From a virus (lineage: Duplodnaviria; Caudoviricetes): a stretch of 32,199 nt of DNA. Position 1 is the first letter of the stretch. Each line of letters starts with the position of its first letter. Below the pieces are notes generated by a model. It saw nothing but the letters and a program-made list of their open reading frames with translations, ran no database searches and was not told where the DNA came from. Made by a program: the position numbers and the translations under genes. The stretch covers positions 1 to 32,199 of IMG/VR virus record IMGVR_UViG_3300038674_000677. The stretch is one strand, 5' to 3'. Positions 8,762-17,080 of the stretch are shown here, piece after piece.

Positions 8762-9643
8762 TCATACTTCAACATCTTTTCCATTCAAATAACTTAATGG
8801 AACTATTTTTCGGATACCATCTTCTTCTATAAGATAAATAGGTTCATCTATCAGTTCAATAGTTTCTTTAATATTATCTAATACAGTTATAGAAAGTAAA
8901 TCCAATTTTATTATACCCAAAGTATCAAGAGTTGAAGATTGCCCATTTTCAGGGAAAGCAGTAACCAAACCAGAACCAGCCCTTTCTACCGGAGTATAAT
9001 TGTAAATTGGTTTTGGCAGAATTATAACACCGCCTGCGTGCTTCCCCATTTGTCTTGCTTTATTGAAGAATTTAGGAGTTAAATCTAATATTTTTTTATA
9101 TCTCATATAAAAATTAAACATCTGTTTATTACTGTTTCTAAGCCTTTCGATATTTTCTTCAAATGTTAAATCGTTATCTAATGCTGCTGTAAAATCATTA
9201 CTCTCATTAAATGGCACTTCATAATATTTAAGTAAATCTTTTACTGCTGATTTCAGCCCAAGCATAGAAAGAGTCCCTACCGGGAAAACACACTCCTCTC
9301 CATATTTTTGTTTTAGATAGTCTATAATAATTTCTCTTCCAGAAGTTTCAAAGTCTGAATCAACATCAATACCGCCAGAATCTCCTTGATTGATTTGTAT
9401 AAGTTGAAGTTTTTTAGAGATATCATAATCTTCATTTATGCCTAAAACATATGGCAATACATATCTGTTTAACGGCTTTCTCTTATTAAACTCTTCATAT
9501 AAATCAACACCGTCCAAATAATAACATTCTGCTTTTATTATTTCTTTTTTAAATCTATTTAAAAAATCTTTTGAAAGATTTTCTTTTTTAGATAAATCTT
9601 TTAATTTTTTTATACAAAGATTTTTAAACTCTTGATAATTCAT
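8762..9643 (-). CDS. dnaE: DNA polymerase III alpha (DnaE), piece 2: catalytic palm aspartates and thumb
   Basis: IDVDSDFE..GRE.IIDYLKQKYG, KSAVKDL, RQMGKHAGGVII, LGIIKLDLL. Confidence 0.92.
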   Translation of the reverse strand: MNYQEFKNLCIKKLKDLSKKENLSKDFLNRFKKEIIKAECYYLDGVDLYEEFNKRKPLNRYVLPYVLGINEDYDISKKLQLIQINQGDSGGIDVDSDFETSGREIIIDYLKQKYGEECVFPVGTLSMLGLKSAVKDLLKYYEVPFNESNDFTAALDNDLTFEENIERLRNSNKQMFNFYMRYKKILDLTPKFFNKARQMGKHAGGVIILPKPIYNYTPVERAGSGLVTAFPENGQSSTLDTLGIIKLDLLSITVLDNIKETIELIDEPIYLIEEDGIRKIVPLSYLNGKDVEV

Positions 9644-9661
9644 CTAACCTCTCTCATAAAT

Positions 9662-9704
9662 AGCGAAACAAAACTGCCTATACTGTAATGGCATAGGCAG
9701 TTTT
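9662..9704 (-). terminator. Strong hairpin / terminator-like element upstream of DnaE piece 2
   Basis: AAAACTGCCTAT...ATAGGCAGTTTT followed by GTTT on the minus strand. Confidence 0.65.
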
Positions 9705-9720
9705 AATAAAAATGTTATTA

Positions 9721-9981
9721 TTACATTTTGTCTAAAGCTGTCCTTATTTTCTTCTTAACTCTTTCAGAACTAACAAGGTATTCAGCCGATTTAGTATCAA
9801 GTTCTTTTTTAACAATTTCCTTAATTCTATTGGACAGTTCAGCAACTTTAGACTCTAATTCCTCTTCTTGAATTTCTGTTTCTATTTCAAAACTTACTCC
9901 TGCTTCAAACTTTTCATATTGTTTTGGAAACATGCTACAACTAGCCGTATTGCCTAATTTTATTTTCAAAGCACCCACCAT
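9721..9981 (-). CDS. Hypothetical protein (86 aa)
   Basis: Overlaps the upstream ORF; beta segment followed by a coiled coil. Start uncertain. Confidence 0.7.
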   Translation of the reverse strand: MVGALKIKLGNTASCSMFPKQYEKFEAGVSFEIETEIQEEELESKVAELSNRIKEIVKKELDTKSAEYLVSSERVKKKIRTALDKM

Positions 9982-10607
9982 CCTTTATTTCTTTTTCCTT
10001 TATTACAACCATTCAAATTTAAATAATTAAAATTTCCCTGTTGCAAATCTTCAAAAAATTTTTTTATATCAGCATCAAAAGCATTTGGAGATACTTGCTC
10101 TTTTTCGTAAGGTGTATTCCTCACAAGAGTCCAAAAATCCTTTGGATTTTCAAAGACTTTTTCTGTTTTCTTACCTTCTTTGTCGAAATATATAACCTTT
10201 GCCGAAAAATTAGTTTTTGATTCTTCCTTCTTTTTTTCTTTCTTAGACTCAGACATTTTATAATTCGTTAGCCTATTAATTAAATCATCTTCTAATTTCT
10301 TAGAAGCATTATCAATCTCTTCTTTCTTTTTATTGCTAACCTTAGCCATTTCAATAATTTTATTAAAAACTGCTTCTCCCAACTTGTCCTTTTGAACAAT
10401 TTGTGAATTAGCTAAGGGTCCGTTTAAAACGGAAATTTCCAAATATGTTTTAACCGGAGCAACATTCATACCAGTATCATAAGATCTTACAACAACTTCC
10501 CCACTAAGTAAAGAAACATACCCTTTGTTGTCTTTAAAAAGGTCATAAGCTTTATTTGCACTAAATTCCCTAAGTTTATCAGCGTTCAATTCGTATTTAA
10601 AATTCAT
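9966..10607 (-). CDS. Hypothetical protein (213 aa)
   Basis: AGGAG SD and a consensus promoter upstream; no recognisable motif. Confidence 0.8.
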   Translation of the reverse strand: MNFKYELNADKLREFSANKAYDLFKDNKGYVSLLSGEVVVRSYDTGMNVAPVKTYLEISVLNGPLANSQIVQKDKLGEAVFNKIIEMAKVSNKKKEEIDNASKKLEDDLINRLTNYKMSESKKEKKKEESKTNFSAKVIYFDKEGKKTEKVFENPKDFWTLVRNTPYEKEQVSPNAFDADIKKFFEDLQQGNFNYLNLNGCNKGKRNKGWWVL

Positions 10608-10630
10608 TTTTTTCTCCTATCTCTTTTATA

Positions 10631-10659
10631 ATTATAAAACTTTTTATATTTTTTGTCAA
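10631..10659 (-). promoter_or_regulatory. Consensus sigma70 promoter
   Basis: TTGACA-17 nt-TATAAT. Confidence 0.88.
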
Positions 10660-10680
10660 GTATTTTTCTGACATTAATTT

Positions 10681-11967
10681 TTAAAATTCCTTAAAATAAG
10701 AATATCCAACATTTGGTGCTCTGCTATCTGATAAAAATCTTTCAAAAATTAAATCATATTTTAATGGGTCGATTGTTGTAATTCCTAAGCAAAATAAAAC
10801 TAAACTTCCGAGTGCAGAACCTCTACCGCATCCAGTCATAATATTATTTTTTCTACAAAACTGAAATAAATCATATAAAATCATACTATATGAACCAAAT
10901 CCTTTTCTTTTTAACACATCAAGTTCATATTCCAGTCTTTTTCTATACTCCTTCGGACAATCTTCATAGTTTTCTACACCAATATATTTAGTAAGCCCAT
11001 TTTTTGAAAGTATTTCCATTTGCTCTTCGTCGTCATCAAACACTTCTGGCAATATCATTCTTTCTCTTTCTGGAATTAAAAAATTACATTTATCGGAAAT
11101 AATCTGCGTGTTGTTGCACATTTCGTCTACTTGCTCGTCTGTATAGCCATATCTCCAATTTTTATTAAAAAATTTATAATCATTTATATCATGATAAAAT
11201 AAAGTTTTACCTTCTAATTCAAAAGCACCCTCTTGATTTATAGTTTTTTTTGATTGTAAAGCAAGCGCTATATTTTGAACTATGTAATCTTCTTTCTCTA
11301 AATAGTGAACATCTCCTGTTATTACTTTTAAGACACCATTCTTATCTGCCCAATCGCCTATAAATTTATTTACTGTTTTCTGCCCATCCGGAAGATTTTC
11401 AAAATTTCCAACAAGTTCGTTTATTTGTAATTCAGCATACATATCATCGCCAAATTCACTACGAAACCTATCAAGAAGAGCCTCTGCTTCATCCAATCTT
11501 CCTTTCTTAATAAGATTAGCAAATGGCGAACCTAAACACGCTGTGCCAACAATAAGTCCTTCCTTATATTCAAAAACTTCTTCTATTGAAGAGTGATTAT
11601 TATAATAAAAATGTCTTTCATCTGCCATCGAAATATAATGGAGTTTCATTAAATTTTTATAACCAACTTCATTTTTGACTAATAGAATAAGATGCCCATT
11701 GGGCGGTCGAACTCTTTTCCCCTTAGAATCATAACTCTCTAACTCACTATCAAAACAAACATATTGTTCAAGCCCAAATATAGGCTTTACCTTATTTTTT
11801 AAACAAGCAACTTGATGTTCATACCATCCTGTTAATTTTCCGTGGTCTGTTATGGCGATAGAAGTGTGCCCAAGTTCAGAAGCCCTCTTAGCATAATCAG
11901 CAGAAGAAGATATAGCATCTAATCTCGAACCCAAAGAAGCATGTAAATGCAAATGATTAAAACTCAC
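10681..11967 (-). CDS. dnaE: DNA polymerase III alpha (DnaE), piece 1: PHP domain and N-terminal palm
   Basis: HLHLH..S.LD, AITDHG, KPIFGLE, HLILL, TACL, TGDVHY, RLEYEL, GRGSALGSLV..LGIT.IDPLKYDLIFERFL. Ends where the PDIDxD motif would begin. Confidence 0.95.
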   Translation of the reverse strand: MSFNHLHLHASLGSRLDAISSSADYAKRASELGHTSIAITDHGKLTGWYEHQVACLKNKVKPIFGLEQYVCFDSELESYDSKGKRVRPPNGHLILLVKNEVGYKNLMKLHYISMADERHFYYNNHSSIEEVFEYKEGLIVGTACLGSPFANLIKKGRLDEAEALLDRFRSEFGDDMYAELQINELVGNFENLPDGQKTVNKFIGDWADKNGVLKVITGDVHYLEKEDYIVQNIALALQSKKTINQEGAFELEGKTLFYHDINDYKFFNKNWRYGYTDEQVDEMCNNTQIISDKCNFLIPERERMILPEVFDDDEEQMEILSKNGLTKYIGVENYEDCPKEYRKRLEYELDVLKRKGFGSYSMILYDLFQFCRKNNIMTGCGRGSALGSLVLFCLGITTIDPLKYDLIFERFLSDSRAPNVGYSYFKEF

Positions 11968-11996
11968 TGTTTTTTATCTCCGATTTATTTTTTTAT

Positions 11997-12064
11997 ATTA
12001 TAAAATATTTTTAAAATTATGTCAATTTATAGTTATATATAATAACAGATTATTATTTTGTCAA
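11997..12064 (-). promoter_or_regulatory. Tandem sigma70 promoters for DnaE piece 1
   Basis: TTGACA-17-TATAAT (11997-12025) and TTGACA-17-TATATA (12036-12064). Confidence 0.8.
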
Positions 12065-12086
12065 GTTAATAGAGAGGAAATTTAAT

Positions 12087-14891
12087 ATGGTAAATCTCAG
12101 AGAATATATTCTTAAAGAAGAAGAAACAAAAGAATCCAGAGGTTCTTTACAAAGAGTTAAAAAATACTTAACATTTTTAAAAAATATAGAAAATTCAGCA
12201 GAATATATAAGAGCCAAAAAACTTTTAAGTGAAAAAGACTTATTTTTTGACGATACCGGTGCTATTAGAATTACTGGGCATGCTTCAAATAAAGATTTTA
12301 GGCTAAGGGCTGGTGATGATTTAAAATTAAAAAGAGTTATAGAAAATTTCTATCCACGAGTATCCATAGGAACAACAAACTTTGAAGAACAATTACAAAG
12401 AAATATTAAAGTAATAGATGCTTTAAGTGCTGTATCTGAACTTATTGAACTCATTAATTATAAAAAAGTAAGTGGTGATGCTGGTGTGTTAAAGGATATT
12501 CAAAAAACTCTAAAAAAAATATTGCCAGAAAATGCTTATGAAAAGTTGGCAGAAAACGTAGAAGCGGTATCTAATGCTAAGAAAAATGACCCAAATTCTC
12601 CAAATGAATTTTCTATGCTAGGTGCGTTAAAAAGATATTACTCTAAAGGCGGAGAAGCAAAACTAAAAAAAGAACTATATTCTGACGGAGATAAATCTGC
12701 CACAAAATATGTAAGCAGATTCAGTGGTCTCGGTAGATACAAATCAGAAGATTCATCTGGAAAAAGCACACAAGATGATTCCGATGACGAAACTGATGAT
12801 GACGAAACTGATGATGACGAAACTGAAAATAGTTATGATGACGAATCATCTGATACTTCAAAAGACTCCGGGGAAGATGTTGACTCCGATGAAAAAAACA
12901 AATCAGATAGAAAGTCTCAAAAAACAGAAAAAGAAGTTGATATAAGTAAAAAGAATTTAACAGAGCCAGAAGAACTAAAAATGAAATCTTATTTTGGCGT
13001 GTCTTTCGAAGAAGCAGAAAACGAATTCTTTACTTTAAAAAAATTATCTGATACAAATAATTTATTAACTCAATTCAAAGAATCTACCCCGAACTCAGTT
13101 TTTAGTTTTTCACTAGAAGATATAGATAAAAAAATAAACGAAATAAAAAAAGAATATGAAGAAAAAGATTGGAAGTCTGATAAAAGAAAATTAAAAACTG
13201 CTAAATATGGTGGTTCAAAAGTTGTAGGAAAAGTTTATACAAAGTTTAGAGATACAGATAAATTAAAAAAAGATTTAGAAATAGAAGAAGATTTTAAAAG
13301 TTGGAAAATAGATAGACAAACCAAAAAATTAGGAACAGATGCTAAAAAAATCGTTAATTTGAAAAGTGAAGAAATCATTTCTAATATCGACAAAATAATC
13401 CAACAAAAAAAAGAAGACACTATAAAAAAAGCCCAAAAACTTATAAGTCTGTATCAAAGTGATATAAAGAAAAATCTTGAAGTAGCAAATAAAAAAATTC
13501 AAAAATATAGAAACGTTTCCAAAGTTATTAAAAATTTTAATAAAGATGAATACATAAGAAATTTAGGTCTTAGTTTAAATTTAGTAAAAGGCGATTTAAA
13601 TACGTTAATTAAGAGACTTTCTGAACTTTTATGGGATTATAGAGAAACAACATTTACAGCAATAAATAAAATTGAAGATTTAAAAAAGTCTACAAAAGAA
13701 AAATTAAGTAACGAAAAAGATTATGGAGTAAGAAAAAATATTGCTACGGAAAATTTATCTTCTAAAATAGAAAAAGAAGCGGAAAAAGAAGCGGAAAAAG
13801 AAAAAGATGAAACCGCTAAAAAATCAGCCGAAGAGTTAAAAAAAGATAGAACTGACGAAAAAAGGCAAACCGAAGGTATTAAAAAAATATTAAATAAAAA
13901 AGAAGCAGAAAAAGAAAAAGAAAAAAGAGAGAAAAAAGAAAAAGAAAAAGAAGATGCCTTAAAAAATTACGTAAGTGATTATAATAAAAAGAAATATGAA
14001 AAATCTTCAAAAGAATATTTTAATAAAGACCCAGAAACAGGATTACCGTTAGATATTGACTCTATAAATAAGCAAAATAATGCTATGTCTGAAAGAGCAA
14101 AGAAAAATTTAATGAGTGTAGGAAAAGCAACACAAGAAATTGCAAAAGCTTTAATGGGGATACAAAAAACAATAAATAAGAAAACCCCTAAAAAAGCTCA
14201 GAATGTTGTAATTGGCAATGGCTTAAACAAAAACCAAACATATTCGAAAGATTATAGTGCTACCTCCACACCAAACCAAAAAATGGCATCATTATATTTT
14301 AAGGAAGAATACTTAAAAGAAGACGAAGAAATAAAAAATCTTACTGCTCAAATATTCACTCCTTATAAAAATACTAATGATAAAATAATTATTGCTTTAA
14401 ATAAAGCGACAAATTCTAGCGATAGTAAATCTATAATAAATTCTCTAAAAGAAGTTAGTTCAGTAATAAATTCTTCTGAAAGACCGAAATTAACTATACC
14501 AACATATGCTAAAAAAATGTTAAATAGCATAATATCAATATCTGATAAGCTTGAAAATCTTGGAGATAATAATGAAATAGATGGTAAAGACTATTTAATT
14601 TGCGTTAAAATTTTAAAATCTTTAAATAATTTTGTAGAAATGGCTATTATAGGGTTTAAGGAAGAAGTATTAAAGAGTAATAAAGTTTCTGATTCTATTC
14701 CAGGAAATTCTAAACCGGCTTTAACAACAAAAAAAATAAATAAAGATGAAAATTTAAACAATAAAGAATCGGAGGACGAGCCAGAAGACGAGTCAGAAGA
14801 CGAGTCAGAAGACGAATCAGGAGCAGACAAAGAAGATGAACCTAAAAATCTTCTTGATTTAGCTAAGAAAAAGATAAAAGCCAGCAAATAA
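12087..14891 (+). CDS. Large Lys/Glu-rich low-complexity protein (934 aa), probable virion-internal protein
   Basis: Long ORF with GAGG SD; N-terminal LREYILKEEE and internal FKEEYLKEDEE; acidic repeats. Confidence 0.8.
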   Translation: MVNLREYILKEEETKESRGSLQRVKKYLTFLKNIENSAEYIRAKKLLSEKDLFFDDTGAIRITGHASNKDFRLRAGDDLKLKRVIENFYPRVSIGTTNFEEQLQRNIKVIDALSAVSELIELINYKKVSGDAGVLKDIQKTLKKILPENAYEKLAENVEAVSNAKKNDPNSPNEFSMLGALKRYYSKGGEAKLKKELYSDGDKSATKYVSRFSGLGRYKSEDSSGKSTQDDSDDETDDDETDDDETENSYDDESSDTSKDSGEDVDSDEKNKSDRKSQKTEKEVDISKKNLTEPEELKMKSYFGVSFEEAENEFFTLKKLSDTNNLLTQFKESTPNSVFSFSLEDIDKKINEIKKEYEEKDWKSDKRKLKTAKYGGSKVVGKVYTKFRDTDKLKKDLEIEEDFKSWKIDRQTKKLGTDAKKIVNLKSEEIISNIDKIIQQKKEDTIKKAQKLISLYQSDIKKNLEVANKKIQKYRNVSKVIKNFNKDEYIRNLGLSLNLVKGDLNTLIKRLSELLWDYRETTFTAINKIEDLKKSTKEKLSNEKDYGVRKNIATENLSSKIEKEAEKEAEKEKDETAKKSAEELKKDRTDEKRQTEGIKKILNKKEAEKEKEKREKKEKEKEDALKNYVSDYNKKKYEKSSKEYFNKDPETGLPLDIDSINKQNNAMSERAKKNLMSVGKATQEIAKALMGIQKTINKKTPKKAQNVVIGNGLNKNQTYSKDYSATSTPNQKMASLYFKEEYLKEDEEIKNLTAQIFTPYKNTNDKIIIALNKATNSSDSKSIINSLKEVSSVINSSERPKLTIPTYAKKMLNSIISISDKLENLGDNNEIDGKDYLICVKILKSLNNFVEMAIIGFKEEVLKSNKVSDSIPGNSKPALTTKKINKDENLNNKESEDEPEDESEDESEDESGADKEDEPKNLLDLAKKKIKASK
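12783..12826 (+). repeat. 15-nt tandem repeat x3 (DDETD)
   Basis: GATGACGAAACTGAT units starting at 12783, 12798 and 12813. Confidence 0.9.
14772..14820 (+). repeat. 12-nt imperfect tandem repeat x4 (EDEP/EDES)
   Basis: GAAGACGAGTCA-like units. Confidence 0.85.
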
Positions 14892-14904
14892 GCTGGCTTT
14901 TTTT
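14876..14904. terminator. Bidirectional terminator between convergent genes
   Basis: AAAAGCCAGC-AAATAA-GCTGGCTTTTTTT. Confidence 0.85.
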
Positions 14905-17080
14905 ACGACACCTTTGTAAATCCGTTCCCATCTATTTCTACTTTAAGAACATCTTCAAATCTTTCTTTATAATCATCTCTATGCGAAACTATAAATACAG
15001 CACCATCACTTGCTATATTATTCAATATATTTACAACTGAATTAACTCCATTCAAATCCAAATTTTGATCTATTATTTCATCTAAAACAAGCAAATTAGT
15101 TCCAGAACCAAACAATGCTCTTACCATCATATATAGTGAAAATACAACAGCCAATTCTGCTCTTGTTTTCTGCCCGGAAGATAATTCATTCCATTCAGTT
15201 GGCAACCCTCTAAATTCAATCTGTTCACTTAGATTCTTATCAAATATTATAGAAATATCATCGTCAAAAAAGAACGGCAAATACATATTAACATTTTCAT
15301 TAAATAAATCTATGGAATTTTCTATAAAATATTTTTTAAACCCATTTTCTCCATTAGAAAAAACTTCATCCAAAGTTATAAAATATTTCAACTTTTCTAA
15401 GTTATCATTTTTAATAATTTCCTTAGATTCTTTTTCTTTTTTCTTTTCGGAAATTGTATCAATAATAGATTTTACATACTTCCTATCAACACCTTCATCT
15501 ATTTCTTTATTTTTCCCTTCTATTTTTAATTGTATTAATTTTATTTCTGTTTTTAAACTTTCTATTTTCGAAGATATAGCATCCAAATCATCATTAAAAA
15601 TATCATCAACATTTGGCAATTCTTCTAGTTTTGCTTTTAGAAAATCATATTTAGCCTTATTATCTTCATACTCTTTTTTGGATTTTTCTAACCATTTTTT
15701 ATTATTTTCTAAATCAGATTCTTTTTTTGCTATATTTGAAGAAATATAACTCAGTTCAGTTCTTGTATATTTTGGAGATACTAACTCTGGAATTTTTCTT
15801 TCTATTTTGTCTATTTTAGATTTACTTACTTTTATATCTTCATCTAAAAGTATTATACTTTCTTTCAATTTATAAATATCTGTTTCCAAAATCCTTAAAT
15901 TTTCTTTATGTTTATTCAATATTTCTTCATATTTTTCTTCATTTATAATGCTTCCGCATTCTGGACAAATACTAGCATGAGATTCTGTATCTTCTATTAT
16001 TTTTTTTGTTTCTTTTATTTTTTTTAAAAAATTGTTAGAGGATTCAATATTATTAATTTTATTATTTTCCAAAATACTTAATTTGGCTTTTTCAGTAGTT
16101 AATAATGCATTTAATTTATCAATTATCTCTTTCGTTTTGTCGTATTTATCTATCTTCGATATTTCTTCTTCTACATCTATTTCTTTTAATTTATTAATCT
16201 CTTTTTGCAAATCATTTATTTCTATTGTATTTTTTTTGATAGAAGATAATAAATTATCTATATTAGGCAGATAACTCAGTTGTTCTTCAATAGATTTTTT
16301 CTCTTGCAAAATCTTTTGATTCTCGGTTAATTTTTCCCTTTCTTTTTTAATATCAATAGATGAATATCCTTCCAAAGATTTCTCGTTCTTTTCAAGTTGC
16401 TCTTTTAAAACAATTATTTCTTTTTCAAGATTTTGCTTTTTAACAGCCATAGAGTTATTATAACTTTTTAAACCTTCAATCATAGAAAGTATAGAACCGT
16501 TCAAAGTAGAAATATTATTTTCAATTTCTATATTAGAACTCTTTAAGTCTTTTATTTTATTTTTTGCAACTTTACTATAATTAATTATTTCTTTTAAGGA
16601 AAATACACTTTCAAAAATAGAAAGCCTTGAAGCATTCGTCTCTCTTAAAAATTTTTTATAAGTTTCGCTAGATAGAACAACAGAAGAGCACAAAGCCCTG
16701 TAATCTATTCCTACTATTTCTTCTATCTTACTTTGAGTATCAGCAACAGATTTTGGTGTTATATTAGTTCCATTTTCAAAAAGATAAACAGAATTTCCAT
16801 GAACACCATGTTTTCTATATCTGGTAATAACATAATCTTTATTGTTATTTTCAAAACTTATTTCTACTTTACAATTAGATTTAGTTAGTTTATTTACAAC
16901 ATTGTCAGCCTTTAATTCTGTTTTCCCATATATACACCAAACCAAAGCATCAAATATAGAAGTTTTACCAGAACCGTTAGCACCAACTAATAATTTTTTA
17001 CCTTTAAAACTTAAATCTATTTTAGTCGTATTACTACCAAAACTTTTAAAATTTTCAATTTCTATTTTTTTAAAGTTCAT
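14903..17080 (-). CDS. 46: gp46/SbcC/Rad50-like recombination ATPase
   Basis: IENFKSF, Walker A GANGSGKT, zinc hook CPECG, LSSGQK signature, Walker B LVLDE, VSH. Confidence 0.95.
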   Translation of the reverse strand: MNFKKIEIENFKSFGSNTTKIDLSFKGKKLLVGANGSGKTSIFDALVWCIYGKTELKADNVVNKLTKSNCKVEISFENNNKDYVITRYRKHGVHGNSVYLFENGTNITPKSVADTQSKIEEIVGIDYRALCSSVVLSSETYKKFLRETNASRLSIFESVFSLKEIINYSKVAKNKIKDLKSSNIEIENNISTLNGSILSMIEGLKSYNNSMAVKKQNLEKEIIVLKEQLEKNEKSLEGYSSIDIKKEREKLTENQKILQEKKSIEEQLSYLPNIDNLLSSIKKNTIEINDLQKEINKLKEIDVEEEISKIDKYDKTKEIIDKLNALLTTEKAKLSILENNKINNIESSNNFLKKIKETKKIIEDTESHASICPECGSIINEEKYEEILNKHKENLRILETDIYKLKESIILLDEDIKVSKSKIDKIERKIPELVSPKYTRTELSYISSNIAKKESDLENNKKWLEKSKKEYEDNKAKYDFLKAKLEELPNVDDIFNDDLDAISSKIESLKTEIKLIQLKIEGKNKEIDEGVDRKYVKSIIDTISEKKKEKESKEIIKNDNLEKLKYFITLDEVFSNGENGFKKYFIENSIDLFNENVNMYLPFFFDDDISIIFDKNLSEQIEFRGLPTEWNELSSGQKTRAELAVVFSLYMMVRALFGSGTNLLVLDEIIDQNLDLNGVNSVVNILNNIASDGAVFIVSHRDDYKERFEDVLKVEIDGNGFTKVS

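Noticed and set aside
7921-10680. Group I/II introns or functional split inteins between the dnaE pieces
   Set aside because: The gaps are filled by ORFs without HNH, GIY-YIG, LAGLIDADG or RT motifs and leave no room for a ribozyme core; there are no Cys/Ser start or HN end residues at the junctions.
6319-11967. Stop-codon recoding or sequencing frameshifts as the cause of dnaE fragmentation
   Set aside because: The pieces are separated by about 0.8-1 kb containing other genes, promoters and terminators. Piece 1 ends in TAA, and all other genes are intact in the standard code.
12783-12826. CRISPR-like array
   Set aside because: Contiguous in-frame coding repeats with no spacers; no CRISPR array was seen near tnpB or elsewhere.
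12087-14891. Tape measure protein call for the 934-aa ORF
   Set aside because: Highly charged; it lacks the Ala/Gly-rich hydrophobic repeats of tape measures and is not in a tail operon.
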